Origin: Patescibacteria group bacterium
GTDB taxonomy: Archaea > Nanobdellota > Nanobdellia > Pacearchaeales > GW2011-AR1
Direction: 5' to 3'
Assembly (NCBI GenBank): GCA_019428815.1
Contig: JAHYJW010000001.1
Coordinates: 47,119 to 111,118 of the forward strand
DNA: 64,000 nucleotides
Part shown: in pieces, positions 50,534 through 61,168 of the stretch
Layout of the letters: each line of letters starts with the position of its first letter
Position numbering within the stretch: position 1 is the stretch's first letter
Notes under the pieces: generated by a model
Told to the model about the DNA's origin: nothing
The model's input: the letters and a program-made list of their open reading frames with translations, nothing else
Database searches by the model: none
Translations under genes and position numbers: made by a program

Positions 50534-51577
50534 ATGGGTCTTAATATCAAAGAGATTATTCCTAGAAAGGAAATAAAAATTTCAGATCTTAAAGATAAGA
50601 CTGTCTGTGTTGATGCTTACAACATGCTTTATCAGTTTCTTTCTACTATAAGACAACCTGATGGAACTCCCCTTATGGACAATAAAAAGAGAATTACTAG
50701 CCATCTCTCTGGAATTTTTTATAGGAATATTAATCTCCTCTCAGAAGGTCTAAAACTTATTTATGTTTTTGATGGAAAACCCCCTCTACTAAAAAGCTTA
50801 ACTCATCAAAGAAGGGGGGAATTAAGAGATATTGCTAAGGAAAGATATGGTGAAGCGAAACAATCTGAAGATTTTGAAGCTATGAAACGCTATAGTTCAC
50901 AGTTAACCCGCCTCAATGAAGAAATGATACAAGAAAGTAAAGAACTCTTAGAGGCAATGGGGGTTGCTGTTATTCAGGCCCCTAGTGAAGGGGAATCTCA
51001 AGCTGCATACTTAAACAGAACTAATAGAGAAATTTATGCTACAGTTAGCCAAGATTATGACAGTCTTCTTTTTGGAGCAACAAGATTAGTTAGAAACTTA
51101 GGATTAGCTAGGAGAAGAAAGACTTTTTCAGGTTGGGTTGAGATTAATCCAGAGATTATAGAATTAGATAGGGTATTGAATCTTTTAGAAATAGGCCTCG
51201 ATCAATTAATCTGTTTAGGAATCCTCATAGGAACTGATTATAATCCTAGAGGTATTCCGGGAATTGGTCAAAAAAAAGCTTTAGAGATAGTTCGAAGATA
51301 TAAACAGCCCTTTTTAATATTTAAAAGCATTGAGGAACAAATGATGAACTTATCTGAAGAGGATAGATTTAATTGGCAAGATATCTTCCAACTTTTTCAT
51401 GAACCAGAAGTCAATAATGAAGAAATTCAATTTAAGGAATTAGATGAAGAAAAAATAAAAAAAATTCTAGTAGATAAACACGACTTTTCTCATGAAAGAG
51501 TTGATAAACACTTAAAAAAGCTTTTTGAATTAAAAGAAAAAAAGAAACAAAAAGATTTAACCGGTTGGTTTGGTTAA
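50534..51577 (+). CDS. fen: Flap endonuclease FEN-1
   Basis: N-terminal MGLNIKEIIPRKEIKISDLKDKTVCVDAYNMLYQFL. H3TH motif GIPGIGQKKA. C-terminal PIP-like box. Confidence 0.9.
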   Translation: MGLNIKEIIPRKEIKISDLKDKTVCVDAYNMLYQFLSTIRQPDGTPLMDNKKRITSHLSGIFYRNINLLSEGLKLIYVFDGKPPLLKSLTHQRRGELRDIAKERYGEAKQSEDFEAMKRYSSQLTRLNEEMIQESKELLEAMGVAVIQAPSEGESQAAYLNRTNREIYATVSQDYDSLLFGATRLVRNLGLARRRKTFSGWVEINPEIIELDRVLNLLEIGLDQLICLGILIGTDYNPRGIPGIGQKKALEIVRRYKQPFLIFKSIEEQMMNLSEEDRFNWQDIFQLFHEPEVNNEEIQFKELDEEKIKKILVDKHDFSHERVDKHLKKLFELKEKKKQKDLTGWFG

Positions 51578-51680
51578 TACTTGACTCTTTAAAAATAATA
51601 AACTTTGATTAAGGTTTTATTCTACAGTTCTATTTTGTGCTAAATTTAATGTTTATAAAGATTGATTCTTTTTTTATAAA

Positions 51681-52490
51681 ATGAAAAGCCAGAATCTTAG
51701 TAAAGAAACCCCTCGTGCATTTGATGTTTTTGGAAACATTGCTCTTGTTAAATTCCCCCCAGATTTTAAACTTAAAGACAAAAAAAAATATGCCCAAGAT
51801 TTGCTTAAAAAAAACAGTTATATAAAAACCATTTTAGAGAAAACTGGAAAGTTTAAAGGAAGATTAAGAAAACAAGAAACTAAATATCTAGCTGGAGAAA
51901 AAACAAAAGAAATTTTACATAAAGAAAACAATTGTATCTTTAGATTTAATATTGATACCACTTATTTTTCTCCAAGATTAAGTAATGAAAGAAAAGAAAT
52001 AGCTAATTTTGTTAAAAAAAATGAAAGAGTTTTAGTTATGTTTGCAGGAGTTGCTCCTTATCCAATTGTAATTGCTAAACATTCTGCCTCAAAAGAAATC
52101 TATTCAAATGAACTAAACAGGGAAGCGAATAAGTATGCTAAACTAAATATCGAGCTTAATAAAGTTAAAGACAGAGTTTTTCTCTTACCTGGAGACATAA
52201 AGAGGGTCACAAAAAATTTGTTAGATAAAAAAGAAAATTTTGATGTTATTGTCATGCCAAGACCCCAACTTAAAGATAGTTTCTTAAAGGAAGCCTTTTC
52301 TTTATCAAAAAAAGGAACAAGAATTTTTTATTACGATTTTTGTAAAAGAGAAGAATTCGATAGTGTTTTAAAAAAAATTAAAACAGAATCTGAAAATTCT
52401 AATAAAAAAATTAAAATTTTGGGATTAAAAAAAGCTGGAGAAATTGCACCTTATAGATTTCGTGTAAGAGTTGATTTTAAAATACTCTAA
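51681..52490 (+). CDS. tRNA methyltransferase of the Trm5/Taw2 (Met-10+) family
   Basis: FDVFGNIALV and YFSPRLSNER motifs typical of Trm5/Tyw2. Class-I MTase fold. Confidence 0.65.
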   Translation: MKSQNLSKETPRAFDVFGNIALVKFPPDFKLKDKKKYAQDLLKKNSYIKTILEKTGKFKGRLRKQETKYLAGEKTKEILHKENNCIFRFNIDTTYFSPRLSNERKEIANFVKKNERVLVMFAGVAPYPIVIAKHSASKEIYSNELNREANKYAKLNIELNKVKDRVFLLPGDIKRVTKNLLDKKENFDVIVMPRPQLKDSFLKEAFSLSKKGTRIFYYDFCKREEFDSVLKKIKTESENSNKKIKILGLKKAGEIAPYRFRVRVDFKIL

Positions 52491-52615
52491 TTTATTTGGG
52501 AAATTAAAATAAAGTAATCAAAAACTTCGGATTAATTTTAGAATTTAGAATAAGTATTACTTTTAATCTTTTAATAAGATTAAATAAAAAATTTACATCT
52601 CTTAAGGACTGATAG

Positions 52616-52837
52616 TTAAATTTCAGTTCTTATTTTCCTTAGAGAAACAAACATTCCAATAAGCCCAATGAATAAGAGCATTGTTCCTAATAAACCTGGA
52701 GTAGATTCTGTTAATTCAGATATCGCCCAACCTGTGATGTTCATGTAATAAATGTTCATAACTAGGCCCCCGAAAAATAATGCCGCAAATACCCCGAGTC
52801 TACTTCTAAATTCTAAATTTTGATTTTTATTTTTCAT
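52616..52837 (-). CDS. Small membrane protein (73 aa)
   Basis: Two TM helices. Confidence 0.3.
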   Translation of the reverse strand: MKNKNQNLEFRSRLGVFAALFFGGLVMNIYYMNITGWAISELTESTPGLLGTMLLFIGLIGMFVSLRKIRTEI

Positions 52838-52977
52838 GAACTATAAAGTTTAGAACTCTTTTTAAAATTTTAGATAATTATTTTAATAAGCTTTTTTAAA
52901 TTTTTTAAAAATATTTCTTTATTTTTTTACTTATTCTTTATGTTATCTTTTTTAAGTCAAGATTATATGGAAATCAT

Positions 52978-54288
52978 CTACAATCTTTTTTTAATTTTAA
53001 TTGCTGTTGGGGCTTCTCCCCCGTGCCATGTAAATCTGGGCCTCATTCTTGCAGGATAAATTCTTTCAGAATTATCATCTAGTATTATTGTTGATCCTTT
53101 TAAGGGTGGAAGGTCATCCATTTGTTTTTTTATACTCTCTAGTATATAAGACTGCATTATATGATTAAGGGCTTCTGTATCTGGTTTGGAAGTTACCCTA
53201 TGACTTATAACAATATCTGATTGAGTCATTACATCTCTATGAATTTGACCTGGTTGTTGTGTTGCTAAAACTAATGATATTCCAGGTTGTCTACCTTCAC
53301 GTAAAAGTTGGATGAGGGCATCACTTGCAGCTGTTTTTTCATTTAATGGGAGAAATTCATGTGCTTCATCTATAAAGATCCAAACTAGTGGGTAATCCTT
53401 TTTTTCGGTTCCAGATAGAACGTCTAAACCTTTTGAGATGCTTTCTATTTCCTCTTTTTTTCTCGCTAACATTCTTTGATTAAAAATTTTTCTGGACAAC
53501 AAACTGATAGTAAGAGCTCTAATATTAAATGCTCCAACAGAATTATAAACGCTTAAGTCTAAAATTGTAGTCATTCCTCCTTGTATAAGGTCTTTTATTT
53601 GAGTTGACTCCATCCCTTTCTTTGAAAAAATTCCCCATGTTTCAGCAGCCTCAAAAAGTCCTATAGCGGCATTTTTTATTTCCAATGGCGTTTTTTCTTC
53701 TTTTTGAATAGAAGAAATTATATCTTCAATGTAAAATTTTCCTTTAGTTTTCATTTTAGTCAAAGTTCTTTGAATCAGAACAGAAACAGGGTGTATTATG
53801 TCTAGTCCAAATGTTAAAATCCAATCTTCCGGATTTAATTCCATAACATCTAAGGCAAAAGGTTCATCTATAGGAAGTCCTTTTTCAAGATAGTTGTTAA
53901 AATGTCCAAAAGGAACAAAAATCTTAACAGGAATATTTTTCGGTTTAAGCCCCCACTCTGAGAGAAGTTCCTTATCTCTTTCATTTTTAAATTTCATTGT
54001 CCAATAAATACCCATTGTATCAAACATTAGAGAACTGATGTTTTGACTAGTTTCTTTAGGTAATGTTGAAAGTTCTTCAGCAATTATTCCAAGAGTGTAA
54101 GATTTTCCACTCCCCCTTTTTCCAGCAACTAATATTACATGACTCCTTACAACATCCATAAAAATTTTGTTACTTAAAGAGGTATATTGACCCATTTTAA
54201 CATAACCTTTACCTATGAAAACTAGCCCCCTATCTCCTAATACCTTTTTATCTGTAGGGTTCCTTCCTATTATTATATCATAAGCCAT
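52978..54288 (-). CDS. HerA/COG0433-like P-loop ATPase (DUF87)
   Basis: Walker A VAGKRGSGKSYTLG. Walker B IFIDEAHEF. C-terminal LATQQPGQI...ISHRV box. Confidence 0.5.
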   Translation of the reverse strand: MAYDIIIGRNPTDKKVLGDRGLVFIGKGYVKMGQYTSLSNKIFMDVVRSHVILVAGKRGSGKSYTLGIIAEELSTLPKETSQNISSLMFDTMGIYWTMKFKNERDKELLSEWGLKPKNIPVKIFVPFGHFNNYLEKGLPIDEPFALDVMELNPEDWILTFGLDIIHPVSVLIQRTLTKMKTKGKFYIEDIISSIQKEEKTPLEIKNAAIGLFEAAETWGIFSKKGMESTQIKDLIQGGMTTILDLSVYNSVGAFNIRALTISLLSRKIFNQRMLARKKEEIESISKGLDVLSGTEKKDYPLVWIFIDEAHEFLPLNEKTAASDALIQLLREGRQPGISLVLATQQPGQIHRDVMTQSDIVISHRVTSKPDTEALNHIMQSYILESIKKQMDDLPPLKGSTIILDDNSERIYPARMRPRFTWHGGEAPTAIKIKKRL

Positions 54289-54391
54289 TATGGTATCTAG
54301 TGAGAGATGTTTATAAAATTAGTTATGATTTTAAGAGTAATCAGTAAATAAACAAAAAAGCATTGATATTTAAGGTTCTTTTTGATTAAAA

Positions 54392-55594
54392 TTATTTACT
54401 TTCTAGATAACTTATCTCCCCCTCACTTAACTTAAGTTCTTTTTGTATTTCTGGTTTTAGAAGGAACTGTTTTATAATTGAAAATTCTTTTAAAGCTCTT
54501 TTTTCTCCTATGTGAACATATTTTGCATATTTTTTAGCTATTGTTTTTTTCTTTTCTACTTTTTGATTATTCATCCATATCTTCAAAATTCTTGTTGGTT
54601 TTTTGTAACTTGTAAATGCTTTTTTATCTATTCCAGAATTAGAGTTTTTAGCGCTTGATATTCCATATGATAAAAAAGCATTTTCATAAACTAGAAATCT
54701 CCAATATTGTTGTTTGTAAATTCTTCTTTTGAAGATATCTGCCTTGCTTAATAAATCAAGTGCCCTAGCTAATTCCTCCCCCTGATACTCTAGGGGTATA
54801 TTTTCTTCTACCCACAACATAATTTCATCAATTGGCTTATTTATTGAATCAAAGAGATTTAACATATTATTTGTTGGTTTTCCTTTAAATATCATTCTCA
54901 GAGCACTAAAAATATCAGTTTCTTTGTCTCTTTCATAAACTAAGATTTTAGATGGGTCTTCAAGATTTGCGGCCATTTGTAAATCGTTTATAGCAGCTCT
55001 TAAATCCCCCCGAGCATTCATTGCAATATTTGTTAAGATATCATTTTCTATAAACTTCCTTTCTTTTCTTAATATCTCTATAAGCACATCTTTTATTATT
55101 CGATAATTAATTTCTTTTAACTGTATGCACTCGGACCTTTTTCTTAAGTCACTAAATTTTTTATCCCAGATATCATTTGCAGTAATTAAAATAGGGTAAT
55201 TTGTTGATTCAATAACATTCAGTAATGCCGAAATACCTCCTCTATCAACTTCAGAGATTCCGTCGACTTCATCTATCAGAATTATCTTCATTTTTTTCGT
55301 AAGAGACTGTTGTTCTGCTACGGGCTTTAGAATTTCTTTTATTTTTTCATTATTCCTTAAATCACTAGCATTAAGCTCAAATATTTCTGCGTTTTTCTCA
55401 TTACTAATGATATAAGCAATTGTCGTTTTACCTATTCCTGGGGGCCCGTGAAGTATTATGGCTTTCTTTTTATTTTTCTTTTCAGAAAGATTATTTAAGA
55501 ATTCTTTAATTTGTTGAATTGGTAACTCTTGCCCCTTTAGTTCTGAAAAGTACTTGGGCCGGTACTTTTCCGTCCAGCTTTCTTTTTCATTCAT
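54392..55594 (-). CDS. rfcL: Replication factor C large subunit
   Basis: WTEKYRPK start. Walker A ILHGPPGIGKTT. AAA+ sensor motifs. 400 aa. Confidence 0.75.
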   Translation of the reverse strand: MNEKESWTEKYRPKYFSELKGQELPIQQIKEFLNNLSEKKNKKKAIILHGPPGIGKTTIAYIISNEKNAEIFELNASDLRNNEKIKEILKPVAEQQSLTKKMKIILIDEVDGISEVDRGGISALLNVIESTNYPILITANDIWDKKFSDLRKRSECIQLKEINYRIIKDVLIEILRKERKFIENDILTNIAMNARGDLRAAINDLQMAANLEDPSKILVYERDKETDIFSALRMIFKGKPTNNMLNLFDSINKPIDEIMLWVEENIPLEYQGEELARALDLLSKADIFKRRIYKQQYWRFLVYENAFLSYGISSAKNSNSGIDKKAFTSYKKPTRILKIWMNNQKVEKKKTIAKKYAKYVHIGEKRALKEFSIIKQFLLKPEIQKELKLSEGEISYLESK

Positions 55595-55669
55595 TTTATT
55601 TTTTAATAAATTTTATTCCCCCTTTTATAAACAAAAATTCTACATCCTAAATTTGGTTATTATATTTTT

Positions 55670-56632
55670 CTAACCTTTTCCTATTCCTGTTAATACAAAA
55701 CTTGCAAGAAGTGATTGTAACTGAACAAAAGGATCAGAACCTTCAACTATTCGAAATTCTATTTCCCCTGTTTTTTCTGTTAACTTTACTTTTAATTCTG
55801 GTTCAATTGGTAAATTCCAAATTTCTTTTTGAATTGATTTTATTACATCTTGCCCAGAAATAGACTCCTTAAGCATGACATCTAATAACTTTTCTCTCGA
55901 TTTTTGAAAATCTCCGGAAAGAGCGTAATCTAATACCACCTTTATGTCTTTGGGCTTTGCGTTAGAGATAACTGTTGAAACAAGTTCAGGGGAGATTATA
56001 GGAGAAATTGAAGCGGTTGATTGCAATAAATTAATTGTTCTTCTACAATCACCTTCACTCCCTTCGTATAATGAATCAATTGCTTCTCTACCAATTTGTA
56101 ATTTTTCTGCTTCTTCAATTTTTCTGATTACTTTTTCTATATCTTTTTTTTCTAAAAGTTTAAACCTAAACATTGCACATCTCGATTGAATTGGATCTAT
56201 TACTTTACTAGAATAATTACAAGATAAAATAAATCTACAAATTGATGAATAATTTTCCATAGTTCTTCTTAATGCTTGTTGAGCTTCAGGTGTTAAAGCA
56301 TCTGCTTCATCTAAGAATATAATTTTGAATGGAACATTGCTCATAGATTTTGTTCTAGCAAAGTTTTTCACTTTTTCTCTTATTATATTAATTCCCCTCT
56401 CATCGCTAGCATTAAGTTCAAGATAACTATCTCTCCAGTCTTTTCCAAAGAGTTCTTTTACCACTATCAATGCTAAAGTTGATTTTCCCGTTCCTGCAGG
56501 CCCGACAAATAGTAAATGGGGGATATTTAAAGAATTGGTGAGAGATTGAACTTTTTTTACTATATCCTCTTGACCCATAACCTCTGAAAATATTTTTGGC
56601 CTATATTTTTCTGTCCAGATTTCACTTGTCAT
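55670..56632 (-). CDS. rfcS: Replication factor C small subunit
   Basis: WTEKYRPK. Walker A LLFVGPAGTGKST. DEAD-like IIFLDEADAL. SRC motif IQSRCAMFRF. Confidence 0.9.
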   Translation of the reverse strand: MTSEIWTEKYRPKIFSEVMGQEDIVKKVQSLTNSLNIPHLLFVGPAGTGKSTLALIVVKELFGKDWRDSYLELNASDERGINIIREKVKNFARTKSMSNVPFKIIFLDEADALTPEAQQALRRTMENYSSICRFILSCNYSSKVIDPIQSRCAMFRFKLLEKKDIEKVIRKIEEAEKLQIGREAIDSLYEGSEGDCRRTINLLQSTASISPIISPELVSTVISNAKPKDIKVVLDYALSGDFQKSREKLLDVMLKESISGQDVIKSIQKEIWNLPIEPELKVKLTEKTGEIEFRIVEGSDPFVQLQSLLASFVLTGIGKG

Positions 56633-56752
56633 ATTAATCTATTCTTATTAATAACTTATAAACATTATGGGAGTCAAAAAGAAGAATTTTTTGTATTTTA
56701 GGTAATTAAGTTCAATCAGAGAAATCTTTTAAGAAAAATTCATTTAAGCTTC

Positions 56753-56869
56753 TTATTTGGATCTAGCTCTTCTTAACTTTCTTTTACGCTTTTCTTTTCT
56801 AAGGCGTTTTCTTTGCCATTTCCATCTCATTTGCCTTTTTTTCTTCCAGCGCCTTGATGAACGTTTCAT
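56753..56869 (-). CDS. rpl41e: 50S ribosomal protein L41e (small ORF missed by ORF track)
   Basis: Manual translation MKRSSRRWKKKRQMRWKWQRKRLRKEKRKRKLRRARSK (38 aa). Matches the L41e pattern MKR..R.WKKK..MRWKW. Confidence 0.6.
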   Translation of the reverse strand: MKRSSRRWKKKRQMRWKWQRKRLRKEKRKRKLRRARSK

Positions 56870-57041
56870 ATTAAACTCTGGAAAAATTTGTTTTTAAAGT
56901 TATCTAAATTTTTTAAACATTAAAGATATTGGCTAATTCAGCAGGTTTATAAAGAATACTAAAAAAATATCCTTCTTCAAAAAAGGACTTTTTTTTATCA
57001 TAATTAAAAAAACCTAACAAAAATCTAAAAATCTTTTGGCC

Positions 57042-57920
57042 TTATAATACGAATATCCTTCGTTTGAAGTTTTGTTCTTTTAAATTTTCTGTGGATGCAC
57101 CCCTTAAAGCTTTAAGTCCCACTATCGCTCCATAAAGTGCTTCATCTTTCAACTCCGTATACTCTAAGGCTCTTTCTAATATCTTTCCATTTCTACAAGC
57201 ACGGTCTTTGATTGTGACATCTCGGCCTGAATGACCACTCATTTTTACATTTCTGAAAGAATCTCCACCCATCACGGTATTTGTTCCCCAAAAGGCACGG
57301 CAGTAGGCTTCCGCATCCATAAAGGAATTTTCTTCAGCTTTAATTTCACCAAATGAAGTTCCAAAAGCTTTAACACCTGAAAAAGAATGACCCTTAGCTT
57401 TTATTCCTTTAAAGGCATTATCTCTTGCACTTACATTTGTACAAGCATACTCTTCAGCTTCTGCTGAAAAGAAAGCATAACCTCCTACTTTGGAATAACC
57501 TACGGCAAAACCTTTAATTAAAGCACCCCACCCTACATCTTCTTTTATTCGTGATTTGGTTAAAGCATTATAACCTAACTCTGAAAACCATAGCTGCCTT
57601 TTTCTAAAAGATAATCCTTCAGGCATTTTTCCTAAAGTTACGCCTAAACCCCCATATTCTAATTCTTGTATAGGCCCTAAATCACCTGTTAGACCATAAT
57701 AGGCTGAACTTATTACTCCTGAAAAAAGAGAATTAATGTCGTGAAGATGTTTTTTTAGTACTTCGGGGTTTTTTCTATATCCTTCTTCAAATTTTTTTAC
57801 TATTTTTCTTACCCCCTTTCCGTCTTCTTCTTTATCAATTAAATTTTCTAAATGAGAAATTATCCTTTCTCTGTTTTCAATTTCATTGAATTTTAAGATC
57901 GCGGTCCTTTGGGGATTCAT
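57042..57920 (-). CDS. Hypothetical protein with conserved N-domain and C-terminal pentapeptide-like repeats (paralog A)
   Basis: Shares SSAYYGLTGDLGPIQELEYGGLGVTL...LSFRKRQLWFSE with its neighbour. The C-terminus has repeated A-F-x-x-x / S-F-x-x-x units (NAFKGIKAKGHSFSGVKAFGTSFGEIKAEENSF). Confidence 0.45.
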   Translation of the reverse strand: MNPQRTAILKFNEIENRERIISHLENLIDKEEDGKGVRKIVKKFEEGYRKNPEVLKKHLHDINSLFSGVISSAYYGLTGDLGPIQELEYGGLGVTLGKMPEGLSFRKRQLWFSELGYNALTKSRIKEDVGWGALIKGFAVGYSKVGGYAFFSAEAEEYACTNVSARDNAFKGIKAKGHSFSGVKAFGTSFGEIKAEENSFMDAEAYCRAFWGTNTVMGGDSFRNVKMSGHSGRDVTIKDRACRNGKILERALEYTELKDEALYGAIVGLKALRGASTENLKEQNFKRRIFVL

Positions 57921-58050
57921 GTAATCTCTACAGAGGGGTTACTTTTTAAGTATTGTGGTGTTCCGTTTTATACTTTGAAGGAATATAACCCTAAAAATTA
58001 AAGAGACTTTAAGATTTAAGATATAACTTAAAGGTTATTTGCCTTGTTTA

Positions 58051-58818
58051 TCATATCTTTAATTCTTTCATTTCCTTTTTTAAAAGATTCCCTTTAATCT
58101 GAGTTTTTTTGAAAAAATCATTCTGCATTTTTGCATTATGTAAAGAAAAGCCCTTTATTTTAACAGCTTCTAATGAACTTTCTTCATTTTCAGACCTTTC
58201 TAAACCTCCTTTGATTGTTGAACATCCTAAAGAAAATCCCCTATTTTTTGATCTGAATAAAGCATAATTTGAGATAGTAGAACTTCTTAAAGCATGATCT
58301 GTGTTTTCTGATTCAAACCCCGCACTTTCTTCTATTTCAGACCCTCTTAAAGCACTGTTTTTAGTTTTAGCTTTTCTTAATGAGTTCCCTTTACAAATTG
58401 AATTCCCTAATGCACATCCCCCAATTTCTGAATAACTTAAAGCATGATCATCAATTTGACTACGATATAAAGCAGCCCCTGTAATTTTTGAAAACCATAG
58501 CTGTTTTTTTGCAAAAGATAACTTTGGAGGAGTGCTTGTTAGTGTTACACCTAAACCACCATATTCTAATTCTTGCAGGGGGTTTAAATCTCCGGTAAGA
58601 TGATAATAGGCAGAACTTGCAATTCCAGAAATAAGTTTATTAGAATGATTAAAATACCTCTCCAGTTCTTTAGGATTTTGTTCATATGCATTTTGAATTA
58701 TTTTTGTTAACTGCCTTATTCGATTTCCATTACATCTTATCTCAACCAGATATTCCAGAAGTGATTCTAATCTTTTTATTCTAGGATCTTTATCTTGAAC
58801 ATTTCTTTTGATTTCCAT
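58051..58818 (-). CDS. Hypothetical protein with conserved N-domain and C-terminal pentapeptide-like repeats (paralog B)
   Basis: SSAYYHLTGDLNPLQELEYGGLGVTL...LSFAKKQLWFSK, then about twelve 10-residue units of the form A-L-x-x-S-x-I-x-x-x. Confidence 0.45.
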   Translation of the reverse strand: MEIKRNVQDKDPRIKRLESLLEYLVEIRCNGNRIRQLTKIIQNAYEQNPKELERYFNHSNKLISGIASSAYYHLTGDLNPLQELEYGGLGVTLTSTPPKLSFAKKQLWFSKITGAALYRSQIDDHALSYSEIGGCALGNSICKGNSLRKAKTKNSALRGSEIEESAGFESENTDHALRSSTISNYALFRSKNRGFSLGCSTIKGGLERSENEESSLEAVKIKGFSLHNAKMQNDFFKKTQIKGNLLKKEMKELKI

Positions 58819-59144
58819 AAATTTTTATAGATAAAATGTTTATAAATATTTGGGTATTGTTACTATCCTTAAGTTAATAAAACTTTGTTAGATATTCTAA
58901 TATGCGCTTAAGGATTAAAATTTTTTATTTTCAAATAGTTTCATTAAAAATCAAATTTTTAAGTTTTTTTGAAATAATTAAGTTTTTTTGTTTAAGTATT
59001 ATCTATCTCACAAAATTTCATTCTTAAAAATATCCTTAAAGAATAAGGTTTGATTAAATATTAATTAAGTGGGATAAAAAACTAACTTAGGATATGAAAT
59101 CACTTTTAATGATTAAAACAATCTAAAAAACATAAATTTATAAT

Positions 59145-60740
59145 ATGGAAAATTTAGAAACTAGAATGGAAGAAGAGCATTGGGCAGATAGAATAGCAAA
59201 AAAATTGATAGAAGTAAATAAAAATAAAAAGAAGTTTATTTTGGCTTCTGGAATTACTCCTTCAGGAAAGGTCCATATCGGAAATTTTAGGGACATCATC
59301 ACTTCTGATTTAGTTTGTAGATCTCTAAAAGAAAAGGGTTATGAGGCCCAGATTATCTTTTCTTGGGATGATTATGATCGTTTAAGAAAAATTCCTTCTA
59401 ATGTACCTGAATCTTTTTCTCAGTATATAGGCATGCCACTTTGTGAGATTCCAGATCCTTACGGGTGCCATAAATCTTATTCAGAACATTTTGCATCAGA
59501 ATTAGAAGAAGTTCTTCCTTCTTTGGGAATAGACTTAAGATTTATAAGACAGTCTCAGATGTACAAAGCAAATGAATATTACCCCTTAATAAAAAAGGCA
59601 ATTCAAGAAAGAAAGAAAATTGCAAAAATATTAGGAGAATTTAGGACTCAGGGTATTTCAGAAGAAGAATTAGAATCTTATTTTCCCCTCCAGGTATACT
59701 GTAGATCATGCAAAAAAAGTAATGGAACAAAAATAGTTGATTATGATGGGGAAAGTATCATTACTTACTCTTGTGATTGTGGTCATCATAAAACAGTGGA
59801 TATTTCAAAAGAGAATGTTGGAAAGTTAAGTTGGAAAGTTGATTGGCCTATGAGGTGGGGATTTGAAAGCGTTGATTTTGAGCCAGGAGGTTCTGATCAT
59901 TCTTCTCCAGGAGGGAGTTTTGAAACAGCATCTAAAATAGCAAAAGAGGTTTTAGACATTAATCCCCCCTATTTTCAGGGATATGCTTTTGTAGGGATAC
60001 AGGGTGCATCAAAAATGTCAAGTTCAAAAGGTACAAGTTTTACTCCTAAAGATTTATTAAAAATCTATGAACCAGAACTTCTTAGATGGGTTTTCTCAAG
60101 AGCAAGACCTAATAAATCTCTGACCTTGTTCTTTGATTCAGATTTAATAAGGCAGTATGAAGAGTTTGATAAAAAAATTTCAAGCTATCATGAAAATAAG
60201 CTTTCTTTAGTAGAAAGAAGAGAAATTGAATTTTCAAGTACAATCCTTAGGGAGATTCCTAAAGTGAGAAATGTTCCATTTAGACAGATTACTTCTTTTG
60301 GTCAGATAGTTCAAGGAAATTTTCAAGAATTAAAAAAGATGTATGAGAGAATTGGAGAAGAATATGATGAAGAAACATTAAAAAGGAGACTTGAAAAATC
60401 CTCTAATTGGGTTAATGAATTCATGCCTGAATTAAAGATAGTGCTTAGAGAAAAACCTAATGTCGAGTACTATAATTCTTTAAGTTCTGAAGAAAAAGAG
60501 CATATTAGAAAATTATCTAAAGAGATGGTGAATCATTGGGATTTGGAAAAACTTACTTGGTTAGTTTATGAAATCCCCAAAAAAATTGAATTTTCTGATG
60601 AAGAAAAAAAGAACTCTCAAAGAAATTTTTTCAAAAACGTTTATCATCTTTTAATTGATCAAGATACTGGGCCTAGACTCCCTACTTTTTTAATCGCTTT
60701 GGGAGAAGAAAAAAGTGTAAAACTCTTAAATTTTGAATAA
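59145..60740 (+). CDS. lysK: Lysyl-tRNA synthetase, class I (LysK)
   Basis: HIGH-like SGKVHIGNFRD. KMSSSKG motif. Zinc-binding C..C..C/H cluster (CRSCKK...CDCGHH). Confidence 0.8.
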   Translation: MENLETRMEEEHWADRIAKKLIEVNKNKKKFILASGITPSGKVHIGNFRDIITSDLVCRSLKEKGYEAQIIFSWDDYDRLRKIPSNVPESFSQYIGMPLCEIPDPYGCHKSYSEHFASELEEVLPSLGIDLRFIRQSQMYKANEYYPLIKKAIQERKKIAKILGEFRTQGISEEELESYFPLQVYCRSCKKSNGTKIVDYDGESIITYSCDCGHHKTVDISKENVGKLSWKVDWPMRWGFESVDFEPGGSDHSSPGGSFETASKIAKEVLDINPPYFQGYAFVGIQGASKMSSSKGTSFTPKDLLKIYEPELLRWVFSRARPNKSLTLFFDSDLIRQYEEFDKKISSYHENKLSLVERREIEFSSTILREIPKVRNVPFRQITSFGQIVQGNFQELKKMYERIGEEYDEETLKRRLEKSSNWVNEFMPELKIVLREKPNVEYYNSLSSEEKEHIRKLSKEMVNHWDLEKLTWLVYEIPKKIEFSDEEKKNSQRNFFKNVYHLLIDQDTGPRLPTFLIALGEEKSVKLLNFE

Positions 60741-60812
60741 AGGATAAATTTGTATAATAAAAGTGCATAATTAAAGATTCTGGTTCTTATTTTAATCTAA
60801 ATCCTCTTTAAC

Positions 60813-61097
60813 TTAAAATCTTTCATTAGGAGAAGGATCTTTCATAGCTTGTATCTTTTCTATGGTCTTTTCATTAGCTTTTATTGCAACCTTAGTAAGT
60901 TTAGAGATTCCGAAAAAGAACAAAGATACACCTATAAAAACTAAAGCTAATATCCAGTTAAAAAGAAAGGAGATTAAGCCTATCAATAATGAAATGATTG
61001 ATAGAACTATACATATAACCCCCCCTACTCTATTTTTAGCATTATCCATGTGGACATTCATTGTAGTAAAATCTGCCACATTATTTTTAAAACTCAT
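60813..61097 (-). CDS. Small membrane protein (94 aa)
   Basis: Two TM helices. Confidence 0.3.
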   Translation of the reverse strand: MSFKNNVADFTTMNVHMDNAKNRVGGVICIVLSIISLLIGLISFLFNWILALVFIGVSLFFFGISKLTKVAIKANEKTIEKIQAMKDPSPNERF

Positions 61098-61168
61098 ACA
61101 TAGGGAAGTGAAAAATACTTTAAATATATTTCCCCGAATATCTTTTAAATTTTAGCAAGTGTAACAAA

